Source: a virus
Lineage: Duplodnaviria; Caudoviricetes
IMG/VR virus record: IMGVR_UViG_3300031525_000009
Coordinates: 533-64,532 of that record
Reading direction: 5' to 3' (one strand)
Length of the DNA: 64,000 nt
A program made the position numbers and the translations under genes. Positions 29,959 through 39,577 of the stretch are shown piece by piece. The notes under the pieces were generated by a model that worked only from the letters and a program-made list of their open reading frames with translations, did no database searches and was not told the origin of the DNA. The stretch's first letter is position 1. Every line of letters starts with the position of its first letter.

Positions 29959-29987
29959 TAGACAACTTCGGCTACATCGATTAAGCT
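29959..29987 (+). promoter_or_regulatory. Early promoter P3
   Basis: TAGACA-acttc-GGCTACA-tcgat-TAAGCT. Confidence 0.65.
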
Positions 29988-30859
29988 GTCCTCGCATTGA
30001 AGTAACGTACCGAACTGGAGAAACTAACATGAAGCCTTGGACTGGAAAACAGATTTGTAGCGTACCCGGCGACAATCGCGTTTTCATGACATATGTCGAA
30101 TATATGGTAGCTGTTGCCGCGTACCGCGCTACCTTAGTTGCTGCCTGAATCCAGCGTCTGAGGCTTACGAATGTGAGTCTCAGGCGATGCACTCAGCATC
30201 GAACGACGCAGCGCCGTGATGCGCAGCACAGAAAAGGACGACAGCATATGACATTAGCCAAGCCGCTCATCAATGACCTTCGTGAAGTTGCGTCCAATGC
30301 TGAGCGTATTTTCGAGACTCTTTTGCGCGAAAAATATCCCCGCGCGGATAGGTTTGTCTGGCTCCGTGCGTGTGAGGCGCTGCGCAATGGCACTGCGGAT
30401 AGGTTTGACCGGGATATGGCAAATGATCCGCAAATCCTACGGGCACACGATGTCTACATTGAGGCGCTGCACGCGTTCTATCACGCTCGCGACGGGGAAC
30501 GCGGATTTCTAGGCACCCGGGGGCTTTAACCGGATAAGCATGGAAACAACATGAACAACTACACACCTATCTACGCGCAACGCGCCGCCTTGGCGCACGC
30601 TGCCGCAGAGTCTGCAAGCGACCCACGCGACAAGGCAGCCTTCCGCGCTGCTGCGCAGACGTGGGAGCGGCTAGCCAAGCCGGCCACGCAAACGTACTCG
30701 ATGGCGCCGCACCGTCTGCAGGTTGCCGAGCTCAAGCGGGACGTCGCTGAAGCGATTGACGCACCAGCCTCTACCCCCGCAGTTAAAGAAGTGATCTTAG
30801 CTGCCGCTCACGGCATGAATCGAGTTATCGCTAAACCGGTCACCATCGAATTTTAGTTG

Positions 30860-30888
30860 TTGACTAATTTATCGCTAACGTTTAATCT
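30860..30888 (+). promoter_or_regulatory. Early promoter P4
   Basis: TTGACT-17 bp-TAATCT upstream of the DUF932 gene. Confidence 0.65.
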
Positions 30889-30958
30889 CTCACACATCGC
30901 AGCGAAACGCTGCAACGCACGGGTCCGGCGGATCGGATCCACTTGAGGAGACTTCATC

Positions 30959-32056
30959 ATGTTGCACAATATGTCGATCAACGAGCAGTGGCGCACCCGT
31001 CCGGCCGATGAGCGCTACACCTCGCTTATTGAGCTGCAAGCCGCGGCTCATCACGTCATGGACCACAGTAGCGCGAAAGTCGTCGCAAGCCGCTCACTGA
31101 CGGCCGATTTGGACAGCACGGGCAAGCTGGTCCTGAAAGGCCCTAGCGGCAATGCCGCGGTGCCGACGCACTGGGCCTTCGGGCAGCTCGCGCAGCGCGC
31201 GGGCGCTCCTGCCGGATACCTGCGCGATCTTCCCAATGCACTGGCCGCTGACTGCATCAACTACGGGTTGCATGTGGTGCGCCCGGTAGATGATATCGGG
31301 GTGCTGTTGTACAAAAACGGCGGGCCGGCCGAGCTGCACGCTGTGACGGGTCCGAATTACGGGCGCATCTGGAACGCGCGATTGGCCGACGCGCTGGTGG
31401 AGACGTTCGGCGATGGGCGCACGGGTGCATTCCGCGTACCGGGCGAATTCGGCAAGCAGGTTGCGATCACGAAGGACAACACGACTCTGTACGCCAGTGA
31501 CCGGGACATGGTTGTGTTCCTCGCGGACGAAGACAAGAGCATCGACGTCCCGAACCGCCGCGACGGCAAGACCGGCCGGCTGTCATCGGGCATTGCCATC
31601 GGCAACAGCGACGTCGGCGGCGGACGGCTGTGGGTAGCCTCATTCGGTTTCGACTACATCTGTTGCAATCGGATTATCTGGGGCATGGTGGACGTGGAGG
31701 AACTGGCGATTCGCCACACTGCCAGCGCGCCGCACCGTTTCATGTCGGAGGTCGTACCCGCGCTCAAAGAGATTGCGCGGACTAACATCGGACTACGCGA
31801 AGCGCAGATTGTGGCCGCGCAGAACGCGAAGGTTGACGACCTCGACAAGTTCCTCAGCTCGCGCAAGTTCAATCGCTCGCAGGTTAGCGGCATCAAGGCA
31901 GCCTACAAGACTGACGAAGGCAACGCGCTGATGGATGACTGCAGCGTGTGGGATGCCGTCGTAGCCGCTACGGCCTATGCCCGCAGCCTGCAGTACCAGG
32001 ACGCACGCATCGACATCGAGACGGCTGCAGGCAAGATGCTGCGGCTGGCCGCGTAA
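30959..32056 (+). CDS. DUF932-family protein
   Basis: 'PTHWAFGQLA..GAPAGYL', 'AVTGPNYGRIWN', 'IGNSDVG..DYICCNRII..IRHT'; GAGGAG RBS. Confidence 0.75.
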   Translation: MLHNMSINEQWRTRPADERYTSLIELQAAAHHVMDHSSAKVVASRSLTADLDSTGKLVLKGPSGNAAVPTHWAFGQLAQRAGAPAGYLRDLPNALAADCINYGLHVVRPVDDIGVLLYKNGGPAELHAVTGPNYGRIWNARLADALVETFGDGRTGAFRVPGEFGKQVAITKDNTTLYASDRDMVVFLADEDKSIDVPNRRDGKTGRLSSGIAIGNSDVGGGRLWVASFGFDYICCNRIIWGMVDVEELAIRHTASAPHRFMSEVVPALKEIARTNIGLREAQIVAAQNAKVDDLDKFLSSRKFNRSQVSGIKAAYKTDEGNALMDDCSVWDAVVAATAYARSLQYQDARIDIETAAGKMLRLAA

Positions 32057-32110
32057 CCACCGACTTACCGGGCGGGGACTGACACCCGCCCCTCTGAGGG
32101 AGCAACGAAC

Positions 32111-32293
32111 GTGGGAAAGCGACGAGAGAAAACAACAATCGACTGGATTATTGATATCCTGCAAACGGCTGACCTGAGACTGAGAATAGAGCACCCCACT
32201 AAGGTAAGCGCAAAACGCGAAGCACTTAAGGAGCTGATCATCGCACGTGATCAATTGCAGAGCTATATTTCAGAACTGCGCGGGGAAGCCTAA
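32111..32293 (+). CDS. Hypothetical protein
   Basis: 60 aa helical ORF with GGAG RBS. Confidence 0.5.
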   Translation: MGKRREKTTIDWIIDILQTADLRLRIEHPTKVSAKREALKELIIARDQLQSYISELRGEA

Positions 32294-32680
32294 CGTTAAG
32301 CGGCTGGGCCTTGTGAATAGTCTAGAGCGCGGTTGACACCCGACAAGACCCAGCCCTGAACGAAGGCGAGACGGAGCTTGACACGATTATGCAACACATA
32401 TCGATAATCAGAAAACGTCGCTTGGCGACTGTGCAGCGAGAGTTCGAGACGCACACCCGCGAAGCGTACGCCGAGCTGTTGCTGTTCTGGCGTGCGTACA
32501 AGCAGCTCGCGCGGACACTGGAGCGCAAGTCGTGAGCACCATCTACGCAGGCACCCTCAAACCGCACAGCGAAGTGGCACTTTGTGACTGTTGCGACGAG
32601 CAGCCCGGAACGACTATGGTTGTCGTCAGCGGAATTGATACCTGGGTGTGCGACACCTGTCTAGACATAGAAGGAGAAGA

Positions 32681-32893
32681 ATGATGGATCTGTCCAAACT
32701 CACCCCGGCAGAACGAGAAGTATTCAACCTGCTCGTCACGGGGGTCACCAACCGCCAGATCGGAGCTGCTCGACAGTGCAGCGAAAAAACCATCAAGACG
32801 CATGTGACCGCTATTTTCAAAAGCACCGGCTGCAAGAGCCGTGCGGATCTGATCGCCAAACACTATGGAGCAATGCACCATGCCAGTTCGTAA
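32681..32893 (+). CDS. Stand-alone LuxR/NarL-type HTH protein
   Basis: 'LTPAEREVFNLLVTGVTNRQI..SEKTIKTHVTAIFK..SRADL'; AAGGAG RBS. Confidence 0.85.
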   Translation: MMDLSKLTPAEREVFNLLVTGVTNRQIGAARQCSEKTIKTHVTAIFKSTGCKSRADLIAKHYGAMHHASS

Positions 32894-33575
32894 AGTCATC
32901 CCCAAGACCCCCGCCAAGCCGACCAGCATCACACTGGTAGAGCCGGCTGCGGATCCTGAGCTGTCCGCATCCGCCAAACGTATGCTGGAGCAGGCCCGGG
33001 CACTCGAAGTCACCACAGCAGAAGATTACGAATCCGCCGCCGTCGTGCTGCAGACCTTGACGGCCCGCGAGAAGGAAGTCGAGGCGAAGAAGGCGGAGCT
33101 GTGGAACCCGCTGGCGAAGCTCACCAAGAGCGTACAAGCGCTGTTTAATCCGCCGCTCAAGGTGCTGGACGAGGCCAAGAAGTTGGTCAGCAGCAAAATG
33201 GGCGCGTATGCGCTGGAACAGCGCAACATTGCTCTCGCTGCGCAGGCTCGCGCGGACGAGGAGGCTGACGAAGCCCGCCGCAAGCTCGAAGCGAAAGCAG
33301 AGCGAGCTGAGGAGCAAGGCGACTTTGCACGCGCAGACGTGTTCACCTCCCGCGCTAACAGCATCGAAGCGCCAGAGATTGAAGCTGACATTCCCAAGGT
33401 GCACGGGGTGCAATTGCGTGAGCGTTGGCTGTTCGAAGTGACAGACGCGTCGCTTGTGCCGCGCGAGTACCTCATGGTCGATGAGCGGTTGATCCGTGCG
33501 GAGGTTAACGCCAAGGAAAGCCTTGCGAAGATTCCCGGCGTGCGGATCTGGGCAACGCTCAAACCGCAGGGGTAG
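32880..33575 (+). CDS. Conserved phage coiled-coil protein
   Basis: 'VTTAEDYESA..ALFNPPL..WLFEVTD.SLVPREYL..IPGVRIW'. Confidence 0.65.
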   Translation: MPVRKVIPKTPAKPTSITLVEPAADPELSASAKRMLEQARALEVTTAEDYESAAVVLQTLTAREKEVEAKKAELWNPLAKLTKSVQALFNPPLKVLDEAKKLVSSKMGAYALEQRNIALAAQARADEEADEARRKLEAKAERAEEQGDFARADVFTSRANSIEAPEIEADIPKVHGVQLRERWLFEVTDASLVPREYLMVDERLIRAEVNAKESLAKIPGVRIWATLKPQG

Positions 33576-33606
33576 CCCCCGCACGCCAAGTGCAGGTGGA
33601 GGAGAA

Positions 33607-33810
33607 ATGAGAAAGCGTATCAATACCTTCGAAGAGCGCCAGCGCATCCGGGGGCAGGAGCAGAGCGTTACCCCGGCGCAGCTCTATACTTGCGGGTGCG
33701 GTTCACAGCTTTGGTTTCTGTTGCGCAATGGCGATTGCGTGTGCGCCGGTTGCAAACAAGCGCAAGCCCGTATCATCGTCAATGAGTTAGCCCCAGTGAA
33801 GAGTAAATAA
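33607..33810 (+). CDS. Small zinc-ribbon protein
   Basis: CGCGS..CVCAGC; GGAGGAG RBS. Confidence 0.55.
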   Translation: MRKRINTFEERQRIRGQEQSVTPAQLYTCGCGSQLWFLLRNGDCVCAGCKQAQARIIVNELAPVKSK

Positions 33811-33843
33811 TTTTTTATCGTTAACACACGGAAGGACGAAGTC

Positions 33844-34146
33844 ATGAAGACATTGATTGGACTGGCCGCATTGATACTCGCAGGCTGTGCCTGCCTGGAA
33901 CCCGACACCGTACGAGTCGAAGGCGAGCACCTCAGCCACACCAGTCAACACCTGGACGGCTCCCACCAGGACATTGGCGCTGAGCTGGTTGCAGTGCAGT
34001 TGCACTGGCAACACAACGGGGCCTATCTCAATGTCAGCGAAGGGTATAACCTCTCGAACACGGACGGTTATCGCTGTGACGGCGGGCTATGTGGAAATCA
34101 CGAGGTTTTCCAAGCAGCGATCGGTTACGAATTTCCTCTTAAATAA
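33844..34146 (+). CDS. Predicted lipoprotein
   Basis: Signal peptide with lipobox LAGC; C-terminal amphipathic strand AIGYEF. Confidence 0.6.
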   Translation: MKTLIGLAALILAGCACLEPDTVRVEGEHLSHTSQHLDGSHQDIGAELVAVQLHWQHNGAYLNVSEGYNLSNTDGYRCDGGLCGNHEVFQAAIGYEFPLK

Positions 34147-34164
34147 ATACACGGAGTAAGTAAC

Positions 34165-34353
34165 ATGTTGGTACTTTCGAGGCGCCCGCGAGAAGAGCTG
34201 GTATTGCACACGGATGATGGATTCAAGATCACCGTAATGGTTCTGGGTATAACCGGCAATCAGGTACGCATAGGCGTTGACGCGCCCAAAGAGGTGCACA
34301 TCGATCGGCGAGAAGTATATGATAAGAAGCAAGCGGAGAAAGCCGCATCATGA
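34165..34353 (+). CDS. csrA: Carbon storage regulator CsrA/RsmA homolog
   Basis: '[38 protein letters not shown]'. Confidence 0.93.
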   Translation: MLVLSRRPREELVLHTDDGFKITVMVLGITGNQVRIGVDAPKEVHIDRREVYDKKQAEKAAS

Positions 34354-35204
34354 GTTCTGTTGGACGGCGCCCTACGCTGCACGAATTGCTCTTAGCGTTG
34401 CACGCGATTATCCAAGTTGAGGCAGACGCCAGTGCGCTGGACCGCAGCGCAAAAACATTTCGCGTCGTGCTGACCTTCCGGCGAGAGGACTGCCCTAACG
34501 ACTGGATCGAAGGAGAGCCCAAACCGACGTGGTTCATTGAGCAACTGCGGGAAGAAATGAACGCTTGGCTGCACCAGCGCAACCGCGAGGAGCAGTGGGT
34601 TTCGAAGGAAGAGCAATTCGGCGCGGGGATTGATACGTTGATTGCGCATCATTACGAAGAGCTGAAGAAGTATGAGAATGTGACGGCGGAAACGCTGCTG
34701 ACTCGCGCACAGAAGCAAATCCTATCTAACACCATCCTACGCTTGAAAGAGCTGAAGGAGCGCCGCGAAGCGGGGGGAGTTTACTCGCAGACCGAGAGCA
34801 AACGTGAGAAGGCGCGCAAGGCGTGGATGGAGGATGAATTTGAAGGGCCAAAACGTGAAGAGGAGCAGCGTCGAGCACATACAAAAGCAAACGAAGACGA
34901 AGACTTACGAAGTGCAGCAGAGGAGTTACTTGATCGAATGTTTCGCACGTCTACCGGCTCTGGGTGGGACAATATTTTTTGGAGACGGTACCGCACTCCG
35001 CCCCCGCAGCCGCCGAAGTCAGGCAACAAACAGCCGTGGTATGTGACTTTAGGGGTAAGCGCCGACGCATCGAGACATGCCATCAAACTTGCGTACCGCA
35101 GGCTGGCGGCAAAATACCACCCCGACCGCTACAAAGAGGCGGATGGGCATGCGAAGATGGCGGAAATTAACACCGCACGCGATGAAGGGTTGAGGGGCGT
35201 ATGA
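34350..35204 (+). CDS. Protein with a C-terminal DnaJ (J) domain
   Basis: '[35 protein letters not shown]' with HPD motif. Confidence 0.85.
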   Translation: MSSVGRRPTLHELLLALHAIIQVEADASALDRSAKTFRVVLTFRREDCPNDWIEGEPKPTWFIEQLREEMNAWLHQRNREEQWVSKEEQFGAGIDTLIAHHYEELKKYENVTAETLLTRAQKQILSNTILRLKELKERREAGGVYSQTESKREKARKAWMEDEFEGPKREEEQRRAHTKANEDEDLRSAAEELLDRMFRTSTGSGWDNIFWRRYRTPPPQPPKSGNKQPWYVTLGVSADASRHAIKLAYRRLAAKYHPDRYKEADGHAKMAEINTARDEGLRGV

Positions 35205-35502
35205 CAAAAGATGAAATTGCCATTAGCGCTATTTGCGACGCAGCCAATGAGGTGCGCGAGCTACTCGCAGGAGTAGACGAGGGGAAAATCCCTATCCGCA
35301 GATATTTAGGTGCGTTGGTTAGGCAGCTAGAGAACGTTGCGGTGGATTTGGAGGACCGGTGCAAAGAGTGGTCTGGATCGTGAACGAGTTGCGCGCTTTG
35401 GTGGCGGACATCCTGCTCATCCTCGTGCTCTCGCTAGTAGGCGGGATATTGGGCGCGGCGATATTCAATTTGGGGCGGTATTTTCTTTCTGGTGGGGGAT
35501 GA
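35201..35502 (+). other. Two short coupled genes (35201-35383; 35380-35502 single-TM peptide)
   Basis: ATGA/GTGA overlaps; the second is hydrophobic. Confidence 0.5.
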
Positions 35503-38036
35503 GAAACGCTAACTGCAAGTTGTGCCCCTTGCACGTAGGAGCGCGCACGGTATGTATTCCAGGCGACGGACCCAAGGATGCGGACATCCTCATTGTGGGC
35601 CAGAACCCGGGACAGCAGGAGGATCGACAAGGGCGCCCGTTCATCGGGCCGTCTGGCAAGCTGCTGAAGTCGCAAGTCGCAAAAGCGGGTCTCGATGCGC
35701 TCAAGGTGCGTTACACCAACATCGTGCGTTGCCTCACCCCGAACAACCGCGAGCCAACCGCAAAAGAGATCAAAGCCTGCAAGCCGTACCTGGATGCCGA
35801 AATCAGGCTCATTGCCCCGAAATACGTCGTCCCGGTCGGTGCGCCTGCGACCAAGGCCGTCGCTAAGGCCAAGATTACGATCGCGCATGGGCAGATGATC
35901 GAGAAGGACGGGCGCATCGTCTGCCCAACGTATCACCCGGCCGCGACGTTCCGCGACCCCTCGAAGCTGCAAGTCATCCAGCAGGACCTAGCGCGCCTCC
36001 AGCGGCAGATCGACGGCACCCTGGGGGAGACCCAGGACGCGTTCAAATACCGCGTGGTGACGTCCAGGGAGGACCTGAGAGCATTCTGGAAAGCATTCGA
36101 GGGGGCGGACCTATGCGCCTACGATACCGAGACCAATGGCCTATTCCTGAAAAAGCCCGATTTCGTGATCCGCTGCATCGCGTTCGCCCTGCCCGAATGC
36201 TCCTGGGTCATCCCGCTGGAGATGCCCGGCAGCTTCTACCAAGGAGCCCCCTGTGCACAAAGCGCACTGTTCCGCGTTATCGCCCGCAAAGCCGAAGGCA
36301 AGTGGGTGTCCACATTCCATGGCAAGTACGATAGCGGTGCGATTCGAACCGCTTACGGCGTGTCGCTGGCCTATCAGTTTGACGCCATGCTCGCGCACTA
36401 CCTCATTGATGAGAATCAGGACCACGATCTGAAGTATGTTTCTCGTGTCGAGTTGGATTGCCCTGAGTACGACTTGCTAAAGGAGTTGAAGCTCAGCGAC
36501 AAACCAGAATGGTTGGAACTGATGCAGGACCCGGCCAACCGCGAGAAGTATTGGATGTACAACGGACGCGATGCGTGGAACACGCTGCACCTCGCGCTCA
36601 AGTTCGCGCAGAGATTCCAGCGCAACGCCAAACTGCGTAGGCTCTACAACAATCTAGTCATGCCGTCGTCTTACGCGCTGGAAGCGATCGAGGCGGAGGG
36701 GCTGCCTATCGATAAGACACAATATTCACGGATGGAAACGGAAACGCTGTTCAAGAAGAACGCGGCGATGCAGACATTGAACGAGGCCGTGGAGGCACTG
36801 CGCGAAGCACCCGCGGAAGTGAACTGGAATTCCCCGCAACAAATTGCACAGGTGCTGTTCCAGGATGCGGGGTTACCTATTCAGGTGCTTACTCCGACTG
36901 GAGCACCTTCCACCAGCGAAGCGGCTATCGTCGATCTGAAAGGCAAGCACCCTATCGTTAACGAGCTACTGCACTACCGCGAGCTGGACAAGATTCTTGG
37001 TACGTACCTCGAAGGCTGGAAGCAATATATTGTCGGCGATCGCCTCTATCTCAGCTACAAACAAACCGGCACGGTCACCGGTAGATTCAGCAGCCGCTTG
37101 CATTCGATCCCCACGGATGGCGACATTCGCTCCATTATCGCTACGGGTGAGGATAGTAAGTGGCAATTCGTTGCCGCGGATCTGTCGCAAGCCGAGCTAC
37201 GCATTGCTGCGGAGTTTTCAGGCGACACGACGCTGATTGATATTTATCGTCGCGGGCAGGACGTGCACTGGAACACTGTGCTGTTTCTCGTCGGCGCGGG
37301 GCATATGCCGGAGTACGCCAAGCAAGCACTGCTCACCGCGGAAGCTTTAGACCCGCACTACGTGAAGCGGCACGGGCGCACCTTAGCTACTGCGCTAGAG
37401 CTACTGCGCATAGCGGGGGTGGATGCTTGCACCAAAATTTGGAAGGAATGGAAGGTAGCGCGCACTAACGCTAAAAGAATCTCATTCGGGTATCTTTACG
37501 GAATGTACGAGAATACTTTCATGCAAAAAGCGAAGGTTGACTACGATTGGTATTGCACCTACGCTCAAGCGCACGCATTCCGCACAGGGTTCTTTGAGGT
37601 ATATTCCGAGTTGGAGCCCTGGCACACTCGCTGCAAGCGCATCGCACACGTAGACGGCTACGTCACGAATATGTTCGGCCGCGTGCGTCGCCTGCCGGCC
37701 ATCCAGAGTAGCGATAAGCTCGCGCGCATGGAGGCAGAGCGTCAAGCCGTCAACGCTCCCGTGCAGGGCACCATTGGGGATTGGAAAGCGGCTGCGATGG
37801 TGGAAATTCACGAGACAATCGATAAGGATCAGTTTAGACTCTGCGGCGAACATCACGATGCCCTCTTGGGGCTGGTCCGACGAGGCTGCGAGGACGACGT
37901 ATTGCCACGAGTCAGACGAATCATGGAGCGCCCAAAGCTCCTCAAAACCTTCAAGATCAGAATGGCGGTGCCTATGGTTACCGATATCAACGTTGGGGCT
38001 TGGGGGCGTGGAACTGTCTACAGGGATCCAAAGTGA
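35499..38036 (+). CDS. polA: Family A DNA polymerase with N-terminal family-4 uracil-DNA-glycosylase-like domain and 3'-5' exonuclease
   Basis: UDG 'CKLCPL..VGQNPG..GRPFIGPSGKLL..TNIVRC..C.PYL..TYHPA'; Exo 'DTETNGL', 'KYD', 'YNGRD'; Pol 'DLSQAELR', 'KRISFGYLYG', 'HHDAL'. Confidence 0.93.
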   Translation: MRNANCKLCPLHVGARTVCIPGDGPKDADILIVGQNPGQQEDRQGRPFIGPSGKLLKSQVAKAGLDALKVRYTNIVRCLTPNNREPTAKEIKACKPYLDAEIRLIAPKYVVPVGAPATKAVAKAKITIAHGQMIEKDGRIVCPTYHPAATFRDPSKLQVIQQDLARLQRQIDGTLGETQDAFKYRVVTSREDLRAFWKAFEGADLCAYDTETNGLFLKKPDFVIRCIAFALPECSWVIPLEMPGSFYQGAPCAQSALFRVIARKAEGKWVSTFHGKYDSGAIRTAYGVSLAYQFDAMLAHYLIDENQDHDLKYVSRVELDCPEYDLLKELKLSDKPEWLELMQDPANREKYWMYNGRDAWNTLHLALKFAQRFQRNAKLRRLYNNLVMPSSYALEAIEAEGLPIDKTQYSRMETETLFKKNAAMQTLNEAVEALREAPAEVNWNSPQQIAQVLFQDAGLPIQVLTPTGAPSTSEAAIVDLKGKHPIVNELLHYRELDKILGTYLEGWKQYIVGDRLYLSYKQTGTVTGRFSSRLHSIPTDGDIRSIIATGEDSKWQFVAADLSQAELRIAAEFSGDTTLIDIYRRGQDVHWNTVLFLVGAGHMPEYAKQALLTAEALDPHYVKRHGRTLATALELLRIAGVDACTKIWKEWKVARTNAKRISFGYLYGMYENTFMQKAKVDYDWYCTYAQAHAFRTGFFEVYSELEPWHTRCKRIAHVDGYVTNMFGRVRRLPAIQSSDKLARMEAERQAVNAPVQGTIGDWKAAAMVEIHETIDKDQFRLCGEHHDALLGLVRRGCEDDVLPRVRRIMERPKLLKTFKIRMAVPMVTDINVGAWGRGTVYRDPK

Positions 38037-38329
38037 TGCGTAAGCTACCCAAAAAATCTCCGAAGCTGTACGGGCTGCTTTCAGACCCACTTCCCAAGCG
38101 TCACATGGTCGTGCAACTCCGATTCGACCGCGACGCGTTTGATTCGCTGAAAGAGTTGTTGCGGGAGAAAATCGCGCTACCCAGCAACCGACACGTCAAA
38201 ACGACGGACCCGTTTACCCCAGTAACGTCTGCGTTAGCTAGAGAAGAGCCTATCAGCGGCAGGTTAACCCGCGAAGCGCTCAAGCGCGTGTTCGATCAAA
38301 TTCGAGACGTAGAGTACGACGATGTTTAG
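38033..38329 (+). CDS. Hypothetical protein
   Basis: Coupled ORF after polA. Confidence 0.5.
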   Translation: MMRKLPKKSPKLYGLLSDPLPKRHMVVQLRFDRDAFDSLKELLREKIALPSNRHVKTTDPFTPVTSALAREEPISGRLTREALKRVFDQIRDVEYDDV

Positions 38330-39284
38330 AACCGGCTTCAGCAAGGTCAACGCGTGGCGCAAGTGCAATAAGCTCTACGAATACGCAGTCGTACGTAACC
38401 TGCAGCCCAAGCGTCGCGCAGCGTACTTCCTGCGAGGTACGATCCTGCACGAGATGTTGGAGGCGCGCGATAACGGCAAGAAAGCCGGCGACGTGTTCCT
38501 CAAGTACGATACGCAGTACGACACGCTGTTCGAGGAGGAGCGCGAGTTCTATGGCGAGCGCTTCATGGACGACATCTGGCGCATTTATAAAGGCTACCTG
38601 CGCACCTATAAAACCGATGACTGGCAAGTACTCGCGACGGAAGGCTTAGTCCGTACGCAACTGACTCCGAAAATTGAATTTGAGGGCCACTACGATTTGC
38701 GCGTAACGCATCACGATCGACACTGGATTGCGGATCGCAAATGCATGAAGTCGATCCCGGATGCCGACGAGCGTTTCGCCAACGTGCAAATGCTGTTGTA
38801 TGTCGAAGCCTGGAACCGCGAGCACCGCAAAGAGCGGGTGGAAGGTGTCATCTGGGACTACCTGCGCACGAAAGCGCCGACGATTCCCGAAGTGCTCAAG
38901 AGCGGTCAGCTCACGCGTCGCAAGGATCTGGACACCGACGTCTACACTTACCGTCAGGCCATCCAGGACAACGAGCTTGAAGAAGACGCTTACGCCTACT
39001 ACCTCAAAGAGCTCGGGAAACGCCCCCCAGACCGGTTTTACGCCCGCGTGCCGCTGCCTGTGCCATCGAAAGAGATGACCGCGACAGTCATTGAGGAGTT
39101 CACACAGACCGCGGAGATGATCCGCACTGCGAAGCATTTTCCTCGTAACCTGACGTTCATGTGCCCGCGGTGCGAGATGTTCAAGCTCTGCAAAACCGAG
39201 CTGTCCGGTATTAACGCTAAGTTCGTGGAGAAGAATGACTATGAGCAACGTCCAGAAGACGCGCGCGAAGGTGCAGACGAATGA
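38322..39284 (+). CDS. PD-(D/E)XK (RecB/Cas4-like) exonuclease
   Basis: 'SKVNAWRKC..RGTILHEMLE..E..GHYDL..IADRK..QMLLY..CPRCEMFKLC'. Confidence 0.85.
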   Translation: MFRTGFSKVNAWRKCNKLYEYAVVRNLQPKRRAAYFLRGTILHEMLEARDNGKKAGDVFLKYDTQYDTLFEEEREFYGERFMDDIWRIYKGYLRTYKTDDWQVLATEGLVRTQLTPKIEFEGHYDLRVTHHDRHWIADRKCMKSIPDADERFANVQMLLYVEAWNREHRKERVEGVIWDYLRTKAPTIPEVLKSGQLTRRKDLDTDVYTYRQAIQDNELEEDAYAYYLKELGKRPPDRFYARVPLPVPSKEMTATVIEEFTQTAEMIRTAKHFPRNLTFMCPRCEMFKLCKTELSGINAKFVEKNDYEQRPEDAREGADE

Positions 39285-39483
39285 GCTTGAACCTGCACCG
39301 AGCAAATTAGAGCGTAAAATAACTGGGTTAACCTTACGAGTACGTAATTTACAATCTGAGGTTAGGTCGCTTAATAAGTCCGATATGTTTGCGGCAGATA
39401 CGCTAAATTGCTTGCGAACCTTATTGAACGAATTACGAGACCTTAAAAAGAAAGTAGATAAGTTGAATGAAAAAATTGACTAA
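39235..39483 (+). CDS. Coiled-coil hypothetical protein
   Basis: Heptad-rich, AT-richer ORF; start uncertain. Confidence 0.45.
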   Translation: MTMSNVQKTRAKVQTNELEPAPSKLERKITGLTLRVRNLQSEVRSLNKSDMFAADTLNCLRTLLNELRDLKKKVDKLNEKID

Positions 39484-39577
39484 GCCATCGCGTTCCATAG
39501 AGAACCGCATCAAGCCGCTCTCCGACGTGGAGAGGCATGTAGCCGTCTTGTGTTATGTCGAAAAGGTAAGCAAGTGA
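39467..39577 (+). CDS. 36-aa mini-ORF paralogous to the N-terminus of the next gene
   Basis: MKKLTKPSRSIENRIKPLSDVERHVAVLCYVEKVSK*; GTGA overlap with the AAA gene. Confidence 0.55.
   Translation: MKKLTKPSRSIENRIKPLSDVERHVAVLCYVEKVSK

Larger units (their letters stand above)
28223..30856 (+). other. Cluster of short early genes (28223-28438, 28435-28836 Cys-rich, 28839-29009, 29067-29348, 29370-29528, 29525-29740, 29737-29961, 30248-30529, 30551-30856)
   Basis: Dense plus-strand ORFs with RBSs behind the promoters; no family recognised. Confidence 0.6.

Noticed and set aside
35499-38036. Modified-base (hmU or Z) genome implied by the SPO1-like polymerase architecture
   Set aside because: No dUMP hydroxymethylase, PurZ or other modification genes recognised
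38322-39284. Cas4 of a CRISPR system
   Set aside because: Context (AAA ATPase, SSB, PolA) is a standard phage recombination module
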